The position numbers and the translations under genes were made by a program. A stretch of 64,000 nt of DNA, taken from positions 434,001-498,000 of the forward strand of contig ML978126.1 of assembly GCA_010015805.1 (NCBI GenBank). Direction: 5' to 3'. Shown one piece after another: positions 12,117-23,600 of the stretch. The notes under the pieces were generated by a model. The model was given only the letters and a program-made list of their open reading frames with translations. It made no database searches and was not told the DNA's origin. The stretch is from Rhizodiscina lignyota. Lineage: Eukaryota. The first letter of the stretch is position 1. The number at the start of each line of letters is the position of its first letter.

Positions 12117-13600
12117 GGCGAGTATAAGGCGTGGGTTGTTTTGTTGAGGGAGGAGTAGAGTGAAGAGTGTAAGTGTTTATGCGAAGGCGCGAATATCTAC
12201 TTCGTACATACCCCGTGGTGAGCGACAATTTACCGGAAATTAGCCGACGCCGAAGAGACATTTTGCACTAGTCCACTTTGAGCGTCTATATACTAAGACT
12301 TCATGACGAACTGACTTAAGTATCGACTAATTTGAGTAGATATTAGCTACGTAAGATATTGTAATAAAACCACTCTTAATTTCTAATGTAGATAATACAT
12401 TCGTCTTGTCACCTTCTGTCTTTGTGCCAGCATCGTTCTAGGGATCGTTCTCAGGCATTACGGATACCAACTACCTCGACTGTACGCCGGTGAGGCCTCG
12501 GTCAAGCAGATGCACCGTATAACAACGAGTCTCTCATTTTCAAGCTGAGAGGATTGAAAACAATCCAGTTGTTGGCTTCCAACCTCCCTCAACTTCCGAC
12601 AAATTGTGGGATACACATGTGCCAGGTATCACTCTGTCGCCATCTGTGGCTCCCTTATGGTAGCAGGCATTCGTTCGAGATAAACCAGGCAAGATTTCTC
12701 GCGCAGCAAGGCTATGATAGTGCTCTAGTCCCAACTCCGCCAAATTCCTGTTCACGTGATCAGCATTGATGCGTCTGGGCCATTATTCCACGATCTCGTT
12801 CGAGTCGCTCATCCCACCACAATGCCCGCCATCAGTTGCTGCGCTGCTCTGTGCTTAGTGTGACGTAGGCATATGGTATCACAAAATGGAATCTCGCAAA
12901 GACCTACGGTTCGAAACGGAAAACCGTCTAGCTCGTACCTGTTCTGACGGCCATCAAACGGCCATCAGATCAGTGGATAACCTGTACTTTTACAAGATTT
13001 GGTGGTGGACTAAGTAGCAGAGCATGTTCTGCTCCGGCGTAAATCGAAGCGATGGCTAAACTCGTAAGTCGAGTGGGGAACGTGTACCTGCAGCGTTGCT
13101 AAGCAAGGATCTCCAAGGTTGCATTGAAACTAAAGTCAGCGATGTTTACGCATCTGTGCATCTGCATTTGAATCTCGTGCATTTATGGGGCCGACGTTCC
13201 CTCACTCGCCGTCTGTCCCAGCAGAGTTCTCCGACAAGTTGCATGTATTTCCGCAACGTGGGAAGTTCTTGTGGTACCGACAAAGCACGCATAATTTATC
13301 CGGCAGGCTCAGAGAGTTGTCTTCTGGTAGCTCTCCGCAGAAGATCGCCGGTAGATCTGGTTTTGGTGGTTACACTGTCAAGGTACCGGCGGTCGACAGG
13401 CGGAGACAGATGCGGGGAATATGCCAGAGACATTAGGCTTCATGTGCATATCTGGAAGGTCCTGCGGCCCTCACACGTATATGGGGAGTTACGTCCGGTA
13501 GCGGAAATGCTATAATACTGGTAGAGTCGCCCAATTCTGAAGGTGTCCTGTTTCGAGGTGGTTGAAAGTACCTCTTGTGCCAAGTCGTCCCATCTCCACA

Positions 13601-15296
13601 ATGTTTTTCCGGTCTCCACTTCTCTCGACGTCGCTCCTAACCTTGCCAGCACTCATCTATTCGCAAAGCACCCTCACGCCGTCGCTGCAGTCATATAACA
13701 AGCCAGCACCAGCGAATGGATACTATATCGATGTTGCAGATACTGCAAAGGGCGTCGCTGCGCCTCTTCCCGAGGGATTTGTCGCATATTCGATAGAGTT
13801 CGCATACTTCCCAGACTTTGCTGGAAATAGATCAGAGCCGAATACGTTCTCAGATAATCTGCTGAACAATCTGCGAGATATTCAAGGCACGAAGCCGTAC
13901 ATTCGTGTAGGAGGAAATACGCAGTACGTCTCATGGAACAGAGAGGATTGCGGCAGAGGCGAAGAGCACTGCGACGCTAACCCGGATCAGAGACTATGCA
14001 TTATACAATGCCAGCCTGAAGACAGCGACATTCGGTATTGTGGTTCCGTCTCGATCTCCTGACTATCCGTACATCCTCTACATTGGCCCGTCGTATTTCG
14101 AATCGTACGAAACCTGGCCCGGTACCCGCTTCAGCCACGGTTTCAACCTGGGCAAGAACGGAACCGTCGGTCGTCAGACCCTGCTCGCAACAGCTCCGCT
14201 TGCCTGTAAAGCTCTTGGTAGGGATAAGTTATACTATTGGGAGCTCGGAAATGAACCAGATTTGTATAAGACCAGCGCCCAAGGTGTCGTGCGACCTGCA
14301 AACTGGACCGAAGAAGACTATATCGCGGAATGGAAGAGCGGGACGAATGCTGCCGAGAGCGTCTTCAGGCGTGTATGCCCTGAACTGACGGGGTATAGTC
14401 GCAATCGTTGGCTGGCGCCTTCCTTCGCGGGGACCTCGAACAGTCTCAATGATGTGACGACTTGGAAGGATGGACTTGACTCTGCTCACAATATTGCTTT
14501 GGATTCCATACACAATTATATCGGTGGTGCCACACAGCCTGGCGTAACGCTGCAGGGCACCTTGATGAACCATACCAAGACAACGTCGAGTGTCGACAAT
14601 CTGATCGCGCTGAGGAACAATCTGTCGTATACCGGTGTGCCTTTCATCCTCGGTGAGACCAACTCTCTGTATAATGAAGGCGCTCCAGGGTTGTCGAACA
14701 GCTTCGGGGCCGCGTTATGGGGCGTGGATTTCAATCTCTACTGTGCCTCCCAAGGCATCAGGCGTGTCCATATGCATCAGGGAACGGATTACAGGTATGC
14801 CTCGTGGCAGCCGGTCGATACGAACAAGACGACGAAAGGGACGAAGGCGCCGTACTATGGCAACATTGCCGTTGCCAACATGCTAGGAGACCTAACGAAG
14901 TCTGAAGTTCAGATCAAGAATTTGCTGCTCAAAAAGGAGAGAGAGGCGGCCTACGCAGCGTATGTCAATGGAAAGCTGAAGAGAGTCTTGGTGATCAACA
15001 TGGTCGCCTACAATTATTCAGTACCAGACCCAGGGAAACGTCCGACTTCGACGTACAGCTTCAAGCTTCCGGAGAGCTGTTCTGGCATTGGAGTTGCGAA
15101 CTACCTGCAAGCGAACGGTAGCGACGCGATTACCGGTATCACCTGGAATGGAATTAGCTATAATTACGAGCTCGACAGCGGCAAACCGAAGCTACTTGGA
15201 AATGTAACGAAGAACACGCCGCTCTACATCAGTGGTGGTGTGTTGAACGTGGAGCTGCGGGATTCCGAGGCCGCCATGGTGAACCTCAAATGCTGA
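13601..15296 (+). CDS. Secreted glycoside hydrolase family 79 (beta-glucuronidase-like)
   Basis: Signal peptide; IRVGGNTQD across intron 13924-13990; WELGNEPD acid/base, LGETNS nucleophile and SNSFGAALW motifs. Confidence 0.92.
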
Positions 15297-15972
15297 TGTA
15301 ATCGCTATACACGAGCAGGAATAACAGAATTCGCGTCCATTGATCACGAAATGATGTTGCTGACTGACCTATTCATATCGATTCCCGATGTCAAATTCAT
15401 TCATCGAACAATTTCTGTGGTTTGTTGTTGTGATCGTTTCATTTCAGTCAACCGGAAAAATATTTTTGCTGTCTTGGTTGGAGGGAATTATTTCTTTCAT
15501 ACTTACCTATATATTCAATTTCAAGTTTTCAAAGTCTTAATAGAGTCGGGAATTGGCTGAATGGCTCAGTGGTATCGTTGTTTTGCCCAACATCCCCAAA
15601 TATATATTTGGATCTAACTGGATGAGGTCAAGCGTTATGGGCGGGCATTGCAATTTACACCACATACGAGTCTTGGGCATCTGGCAGTCGCTTCATACAC
15701 CCAACCTAACAATAAGTGTTCCTAAGCGGCTGCATCACAGATGAACTTATTGCTGGAATCCCTAGGATTTCAGCGCCGGACTGGATGTCACCAAATACCT
15801 CGTGATGTTCATCCCACAGTCATACTGCATGGCAAAACAGGCCCCGATTGGACTAGGTGTGTGTGGACCGAGTAAAGGCCAGGAATATTGAATTCCCCTA
15901 CCGTTGCTCCTGAAGCCCATCTAGCTCCCGGATTTTTTTTTGTCTTTCTTATCTAAAGTTCCTCATACATAT

Positions 15973-16080
15973 CGGTAGGTGGGACTGGGTATCCTTTTGC
16001 CTGGTATACATATCCTTCTCATAATGGTTCTCGTATGTGTGGGACTTGTTGTCTTTTTGCCTGGCGCACAAGTCCTTCCC
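15973..16080. repeat. Degenerate direct repeat, ~60-bp period, two copies
   Basis: gtgggactgggtatccttttgcctggtatacatatccttctc versus gtgggacttgttgtctttttgcctggcgcacaagtccttccc. Confidence 0.55.
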
Positions 16081-17141
16081 GCCTGATGCTCCATCCACAC
16101 GTGGGCGGGACATAGCAAGCTTTCGCCTGCCACACAACACCCGCGGGCATTGCAGAGCTATGGTTGCAATGCTTCAGAAATCAAAAGGCCCGGAGTTCGA
16201 AACTGAGGAGGAGAGCTCAAAATGCCTCTTTTAATTTTTATTCACAACTTCCTCTGGCAGTTGATTTAAGTTTTTCTCTCAAACCACACTTAGCCTAGAG
16301 ATTCTTGCCCTCAACCGTGATCGCTGACGCCTCTATCTAAGTAGAAGGATGCGTGATTTGCTATGAGAATTGCGATGCACCAGGTGGAATGCATGTTTGG
16401 TCACTCACGCGCAGCGACAGCGTCACTCTAGCATTTGGCGCATCTACTATTGTTTACAAGAATTTTGGCTATCTGGCCATCGTGCGCATCAACCTTGCTT
16501 CCGTGAATCCTTCTGTATATTCGCGGCTTGGGTTTTCAAAACCATGGCGTCGCAAATGCAATTGCGAAGACCCAAATAACACGTCAAGGCACTGACTAAT
16601 CACTGAAAGCGCGAATTACAATTTCTAAAGCGTAAACAAAGCTCAACGACAATGCTGGAGATGCGGGAGAGTGATCGTGCGTGGCGCGCCCACGGCTACA
16701 AGCAGCATGCCCGACACCACAACCACAAGCTTTCCGAGTATAAGCCCAGAGTTGCAGATGGAGCTTCTAACAGCAGAGTCAGAAGTCTTTTGGATAAGCG
16801 GCCGCACATGAATATCGTATCTATCCCGGGAGCAAAATTTCAGCGACGCACAGTGGCGGCATCATGAGTGCTCCACTCTGCCAAAGGGTCTGACATTCCA
16901 GTACATGCGTAGGTTTTCATCACACAAGTTCAACATTACGTGCAATTGAGAGGTATGGAGATTTGTAAAGCCGTTTCATTTGATTTCAATGCCATAAAAC
17001 TCCGCTGATGCAACGCTAAGCTCAGTTCAGATTCAGATCACAGAAGTTTGAAAAGCGCAAAGATGCCAGAGTCCCTTCGCCGCTCGCTGTCAACGAAAAC
17101 AGATGCGATATTTCTCGTGAGTCATGCACAGAGCAAGCCAT

Positions 17142-19865
17142 TCACCTCCTCCTGCGTCCATGCTTGGGCGTCTCCTCCGTCCCTTCGCTCAGATTGCTCT
17201 CGCTCTCCTCCTCTACAGGCGCTGGCGTCCTTCTCGCGCTCCGACTCGCCCGTCCATCTCTGCGTCTCCTCCTCTCACGATCCCTCCAGCCAATATTACT
17301 TGCGCTGTCATCAGGCGCAAGCTCGCTCCTTCCATCGTCAAAGTCCAATACCGATGCACCATCGCCTTCACCATCCCAGCCAACTCCTCCCCACCCGCTT
17401 GCCATACTCGCCGGCGTGCCGAGACGCACCTCCACACCGCCGACGCCAGAGCCACGACGCGCCTGCGCAGCAGCAGCTAAGCCAGCAGAGCGTTCGCGGA
17501 GCGCAGTGCGTACGGCCTCGGCTTTGTTGTGCAAGGCCTCGAAAGCGTCTTCAAGTGCTTCCATACCGGCATAGATTTCGCGTTCGACTTCTGCCAGGGC
17601 GGCAATCTCGGTCTCTTCGTCGAGCTGGACGGGAGCGCCGAAGGACGAAGGGCCACCACCGTTCTGCGCAGGCGTCGGGCCACGGGACATGCCGGCAGGG
17701 GTGGTGGTGCGATAGTTGAATGGTGTTGAAGAAACCCCGTTGGAAGGACTGAACGGCGTGGTCGTGCGTGAGTGCGGAGCATGCAGTGGACCTCTTGAAG
17801 GGCCGCGACTCATGACGGGGGAGGCGGAGTTTGGCGGTGGGAAGGCGCTTTCAGCACCGCTCCAAAGAAAGCCGTCGAAGCGTCCGGAGATGAGGATTTC
17901 CCACTCGTGAGGTGAGACTGCGGCAATGGTCGCGAGGATTGCGTGCATGTGAGGGTTATTCAGAAGGTAAATTGTGGACTCGGGGTCTCGTGGCAAATTA
18001 GCTAATCGATAAAGGCGTTGGAGAGCCAGTGCAGTTTTGGGTATCATTTCGCTTTTCGGTGCATTAAGAGGTGTTGGTGCTCGTGACGCTGGAAGGGTAG
18101 ACATGCCACGAAGAAGTGCATGGAATAGAGGTCGATTTTCGGGCTCGAGATGGGTGAGTATTGCGAACGTGAGTGTTTCATCATCAACTTCCTGAGGCGG
18201 TGAAGTCGGTATCTCCGGTTGAGTTGCAAGCCATGCCTGAACTGCCGTCTTGGTCTTCTTCGATTGACGGATATAATGATCTCGATACTCCTCCGGGACA
18301 TCGATGTCAAGTTTCTGCATCGGTGCTTCAGTGCCTGAGATACCAAGACCAGTAGAAGAGCCAGAGATGGAGAATGGCGGCCACTGCGGAAGCTCTCGTC
18401 GACCAGAAACGTACTCGAGAATCTCGCCCCAGCTGACACCGGTGTCTTCTGCAGCAGCGGCAGGGCTCTTCGGTGCAGAGTCTTTGCACATGATGCAAGT
18501 GCATGTCTCTGAAGATATGTTCCGAGCGAAAACCGCTTCGAGACGATCGAGGAGACGACGTGCAACGGACCTATAGCCTGTTGCTACGGCAATAGAACCA
18601 TTCTTGCCCATGACCTGTTTGTACGAGTCCAGGATATTGTTCAGCGGAGCAAAGATGGTCTGAACGCTCGGAGACACGGCAGGCGGACGATTGACGCCAT
18701 TCTGCTGTTGGCCAACTAATGTAGCGATAGGCGAAACCCCTGCTAGGAGGCTTCGGGGTATCACGTGTGCTAAACCTCCATTTTGCAACAGGTAATCGAC
18801 GCGCGGAACGTTTTGTAGCATAACAGGCGGTGGTGGTGGAGGCGGAGGCGGGGGCGGAGGCCCAGGCGTATTGAGAGACATTTGTTTTGGAGAGAAAGGA
18901 CTTGCATCTCTAGATCCAAGGACTTCAACCATGGGAGTGCTCTTTGGTCCAGGGGGTGATTGTGGAAATGATGGTTCGTGAGCGATAGGTGTGCGAGGAG
19001 AGGAATCCTGAGCGGAAGCTGGTGAGGATTCGGTTTCTTCAACGACCGGCTCTGGTTTCGTGGATATGGCACGTGGAGGGGCAGCAATCGATGTCGCATC
19101 AGAATCTGTCGTTTGTGTAACCTCTGAAGTTGCGTGGGTCTGCGTCGCAGTCGTGCTTTCACGCACGGTACTGGGCTTCGACGATTGAGTTGTGCCAGAT
19201 ACCGCAGAAGCTGTCGTATTTCGGCGGAGGCTGGAGGCAGATGATGACTCTCTCAAGCCCGAGGATCGCACGCCAGCATCGATGCTCCGCCGCTTCTCGG
19301 GCGTCACCACCCTCACTTTATTCGGTGTCCTCATGTGGTTCGCACTCGCAGGTCGTCGAACGTCTGATGCTGCTGTCAAGGGTGGACTAGGTGGTGCGGC
19401 GCCAGTAGTTGCTGGTCGAGGTCCTGGCTCCTTCTCACCGCCCCGTCCCAGATCTGTAGTATTCGGAGTGTACAGAGACAGCCTCGGATTGATGACGTCT
19501 TCTCTGCTTCCAATAGCCTCTTTGCTGTGTGCTTTCGAGAAGGAGGGATACACGCTGGGCCTCACGCTCTCTGGCGAGTTCGTCGAAGCTCTCCGCTCCA
19601 TCTCTGGTACTACAGAGGCCATCTTGGTGCTGCCCGACGAGTGGGACACTGTCCTGTGTGTTCTCTCCCTCCTCGAACTGTCCCGATCGCGCTCCTTATT
19701 CGAGGATGACGAGGACGCCTTGCTGCGGGTTTTGGAGGAGCGGACCTTGTCTCTGTCGCGGTCTCTGTCTCTGTCTCGATCACGCTCTCGCTCGCGGTCC
19801 CGGTCCTTGGCTTTCGACGAATCTCGATCGTGCGTCTTCTTCTTCCGCTGCGTTTGAGAAAACAT
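17142..19865 (-). CDS. Conserved fungal protein of unknown function (907 aa)
   Basis: Long uninterrupted ORF with RD/RE dipeptide N-terminus, poly-Pro, an ordered core (RRLLDRLEAVFARNIS, CTCIMC, WEILISGRFDGFLWSG) and a C-terminal coiled coil. Confidence 0.85.
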   Translation of the reverse strand: MFSQTQRKKKTHDRDSSKAKDRDRERERDRDRDRDRDRDKVRSSKTRSKASSSSSNKERDRDSSRRERTHRTVSHSSGSTKMASVVPEMERRASTNSPESVRPSVYPSFSKAHSKEAIGSREDVINPRLSLYTPNTTDLGRGGEKEPGPRPATTGAAPPSPPLTAASDVRRPASANHMRTPNKVRVVTPEKRRSIDAGVRSSGLRESSSASSLRRNTTASAVSGTTQSSKPSTVRESTTATQTHATSEVTQTTDSDATSIAAPPRAISTKPEPVVEETESSPASAQDSSPRTPIAHEPSFPQSPPGPKSTPMVEVLGSRDASPFSPKQMSLNTPGPPPPPPPPPPPPVMLQNVPRVDYLLQNGGLAHVIPRSLLAGVSPIATLVGQQQNGVNRPPAVSPSVQTIFAPLNNILDSYKQVMGKNGSIAVATGYRSVARRLLDRLEAVFARNISSETCTCIMCKDSAPKSPAAAAEDTGVSWGEILEYVSGRRELPQWPPFSISGSSTGLGISGTEAPMQKLDIDVPEEYRDHYIRQSKKTKTAVQAWLATQPEIPTSPPQEVDDETLTFAILTHLEPENRPLFHALLRGMSTLPASRAPTPLNAPKSEMIPKTALALQRLYRLANLPRDPESTIYLLNNPHMHAILATIAAVSPHEWEILISGRFDGFLWSGAESAFPPPNSASPVMSRGPSRGPLHAPHSRTTTPFSPSNGVSSTPFNYRTTTPAGMSRGPTPAQNGGGPSSFGAPVQLDEETEIAALAEVEREIYAGMEALEDAFEALHNKAEAVRTALRERSAGLAAAAQARRGSGVGGVEVRLGTPASMASGWGGVGWDGEGDGASVLDFDDGRSELAPDDSASNIGWRDRERRRRRDGRASRSARRTPAPVEEESESNLSEGTEETPKHGRRRR

Positions 19866-20601
19866 TATGGCTCCGGGCGGGCATTACGCTGCCGGGCCCT
19901 TTTACCTCAGCAGATGCTTGCTGCTAGCTCCCGTGCCGGAGGTGGTCGAGGTCGAAGGATGAGGCCGGGGTGGGTTGGGATGCGCGTTCAGCGCTTAGCA
20001 GGCCGGGGGATTGGGTCGGGTTCAGATGCAGACACCAAATCAGCGTGTTGGGTTTGCCATGCACCCGAGAAGGTATCGGAAGCTTTCAGAGCCTGCCGTT
20101 TGAGATGCGTGAGATGATCTGCGCAGCGTGCACTGTTGCCTGAGTGAAATTGGCATGTGTTGGAGGCTGAAGGCGGGCACTGTTCTAATTTGAGGCGTGG
20201 CTTCACGGCTGGCCCAAAAGTTGGCCAACATGTCACCCATGCGCTGGCGTTTGTAGGGCTGAGATGCCAGATGCGTCACGTGGGATGTTCGCATGGATTA
20301 TTATGAAACTGGATCTACACTTCAATGTAGCCCTTCGAGACATAAAGCGCTAAAGTCCTCTAGTATTTGTGCGGTCTTGTTGCACTGTGTGCCACGGAAC
20401 AGCAAACGACACAAGGTATGCACAATAACACTTTTGGACATTGCTGTAGAACGCAAGTCGGGTATCCTGCTACAACGGAACTCCAGATGTCGACAAAACA
20501 AGCCGAACCAACACGACGAATGGCTAATCTATCAAATCGGCGGAGGCACCATGCTTCTGGAACAGCAGCCACCACCCACCACCAACTATTCCGCTATCCA
20601 C

Positions 20602-23600
20602 TCACTGCGGGAGATCAACATCCATCTGCACAGACCCGCCCCTCCGAGGAGCCTCACTGGCGGCGCTGAAATTGCGGCGTACAAGGCTACGCCGCCCACC
20701 ACCCACGACATCTCGCTTTAAGCGCGCTCCGTCAGCCGCTTCTGAGTCATCCTGCTCGTTACTGGTCGCTCGTTGCGCAGAGCTGCTGTTTCCTTCGTCG
20801 GCTTGCGTCTGAGCCTTTCTTTTAATGCGGTACGTGCTTGACGCGGTAGGTAATGGAGGAGAACTTGGCATCTCTGACTCTGTAGAGTCACCGTCCTGCA
20901 CGTCGACCATCTCCACATCTTGATCTAGATCAGGTGAGATTATCTTTGATATAGACTCTTCGCTCGTCGAGTCCTTCTCCACTTCAGCAGGTAGCTTGCT
21001 CTTACGTTTTGCTTTTTGGGTAACGTCCACGCCACCAATCTCAGCCTTTTCCAACTCCTCTTTGCTCGCAACTTCTGTTTCTCCTGTCCTCCAGTCCCAT
21101 ATAAAGCCCTCCTTGAGCCACATCCACCGTAAATAAGCTCTTAGTTCCTTGTCGGTTGGCCGGACTCTCATCCATTCCGGTTGGAATCCCTCCGCGGCGC
21201 CTTCGCCATTCCATCCAGCTGCTAGGTCGCGACACTTATCCCTACAGAAGATGCGCCAACTGTCGAGGGCGTACGGTCCGCAACCCGGCAAGTGACCGAC
21301 TTCGAAGGCGCCAATACGCTCGTCGTCATCGGCAAGGACTTCAGATAGTTTGATGCCATTACTGTCCGTTTTTGTGGGATATTGAGGAGTTTTGTAGCGC
21401 TTCCCTTTCGTAGGCGGTTTGGACAGCCAAGTCCTCGCCAGGTTGATCAGAATCTTTGCGCGATTGTTCTGTAAACCCAGAGGTTCTATGAGCGTCGCAA
21501 TCTCGTCAACACTTGCATTAGCGATGTCGTCGATAGTTGGATAAGTATCAATGAATTTGCGGAACATTGGAATCGCAGCTTTTCCCGTGGTCTGATTGAG
21601 GAAGATGACCGCGACAATGAGTTTGAAAGGCTCGTGAGCAAGCTCTTCTTGAATTAGGCCAAATCTTTCGGCCTTGGTGGATGGAAAGGGCATGCCTGAG
21701 ATGGCCTCCGTGGGCAATTTCTTCTTTCGCTTCCCATTTGATTTCGGGCTGTCGAAATGGTGAGAGGCTTTGCCAGTCTTCCGGAAGGGACTGAGGATCG
21801 CTGAACTTCGCTGAGGTCCACGATTTCTTGGCTTTGGTAACTCCTGGCTTTGGCTCATGCTGTGTTGGATATCGGTTTGCAGTTGAGACATGATAAGATT
21901 GTGGACGTCGTTCGATCTAGGAGTAACTGGAGCCTCTTCTTCTTCATCCACGGATTGTTGGAATCCCAGCGATACTGAATCGTCTCTTGCCATGGCATCT
22001 TGCGACCGACTTGCTTCGATATCTCCCGATAGTTGAGCCGCTGCGCCCATATCGTCTCCAGCTGACTGCTTCGAGGTATCAGAGTTGGAATCAGATGAGT
22101 CTTCTTCTACTGCCCCTATAGTCACTCTTTCGCGAACCACAGGTACGGGGGTTATCTCTGAATCTTGTTCTTCGTCCGTGGTTTCTTCATTCAAATCTTC
22201 AATTCGTTGCACCTCCCCTTGCAGAGCAATCGTCCTTTGGCTAATGTGGAAATCTTTTTGCGCCTGCCGTTGCCGGGGTGAACTAGATATAGATGTACCC
22301 TTTCCTGAGTCCTTGTCGCGTGTTTGTTTCCCTTTTTCTACCTCTACCTCTGAATCACTCACAATCACTGAGTCCTTTTCATTCTCAACCAGCTTGGTGA
22401 CTGGCTGCAACCGCGGCGGGGTTTGCGAGATGAGATGTTCTTGCTGTGGCACATCTGCCTTCGGAGGACTCATATATGACCCAAGTTCTGGCGACCGGAC
22501 TCCCACACTCGCCACGCGAACAGGAATGGTAGGTCTTGCTTCTTCCCGTTCGGGACTAGCGTCAGAGTCTTCTGTCTCTGGAACTGACCAATCATCGTCC
22601 TTGACGGAGCGGTGATGACTGAAAGAACTCATATGTGAGCTTGGAGTTGATTTAGATGTGGATTTGCGAATGCGCTTGAGCCGACCGGGAACAGGAGTGC
22701 GTCCCTTTTCGTCTTCTTCTTCTTCCAACTGGCTCTCGCTAGGACTTGGCTGTTGGCTTGCTTTACGGGAAGGCTCCTCTAGTGTTTGCTGAAAGAGGCG
22801 CGGACTCGTCTGTACAGCGGCATCACAGTATCTAGTACGGTGTTCGGGCGTACGCTGTGCGGCGGTGTCTCGATAGCTAGGACGAGGTTCGGGTGTACGC
22901 TGAGTAACAGCGTCGTGGTAGCGAGGACGGGGTTCCGGAGTTCGTTGTACGGCAGCATCACTGAAGGATATAGGGTTGGAAGCGTTACGTGGTGCATCAT
23001 CCATGTCTAAATCCATAGGTTGTACGACCTCGTCGGAAGAAGAACGATTGGAGGTTGTAGCTTCGTTATCGTCGAGGGCTGTAGCATGAGCCACAAATTT
23101 AGTGCCATCCGCAATGGTTTCGATCGCATTGCTAGCATGATCACCAGCCTGTGATTCGCCGCTGTTGGGCAGGTCAAGGTCCACAGACGGCTCATCGTCC
23201 ACAATCATTTCATCGTCTCTGGTCAATACATCTTCTTGGCCCACAACAGATTGAGTGCCGATTTCTTTTTCGTCATCGAAGACTCGCTCCAAGCCAAGGG
23301 ACTCTTCATTGCTAAGCTGTTCCAAAAGTTCAGCATGAGACGCCAATTTTGCGGAACCTTCAGATTCCTGAAGACGTAGCTTGCGCAGTGCTTTCTCGCG
23401 CTTCTTTTCCTCTCGCAATTTCTTTCTTTTCTTCTTCTTCGAGTTTGGCGGCTCGAGCTGCGCTTTGCTAATGGCAGCAGCATCCTTGGAAGCCCCAACA
23501 GGCGTGTTCGGGCGCACTGCTTCGCCTGATGAACGGCGCCTCTTCCTCTCCTTTTTCTGGTGCTTGGATCGCTTTTCCACGGTGTCTGGCAGCTCTCCAT

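Noticed and set aside
1..15296. Secondary-metabolite or CAZyme cluster in the left arm
   Set aside because: No PKS, NRPS or terpene backbone gene, and the two glycan-active genes are separated by unrelated genes including SPP2.
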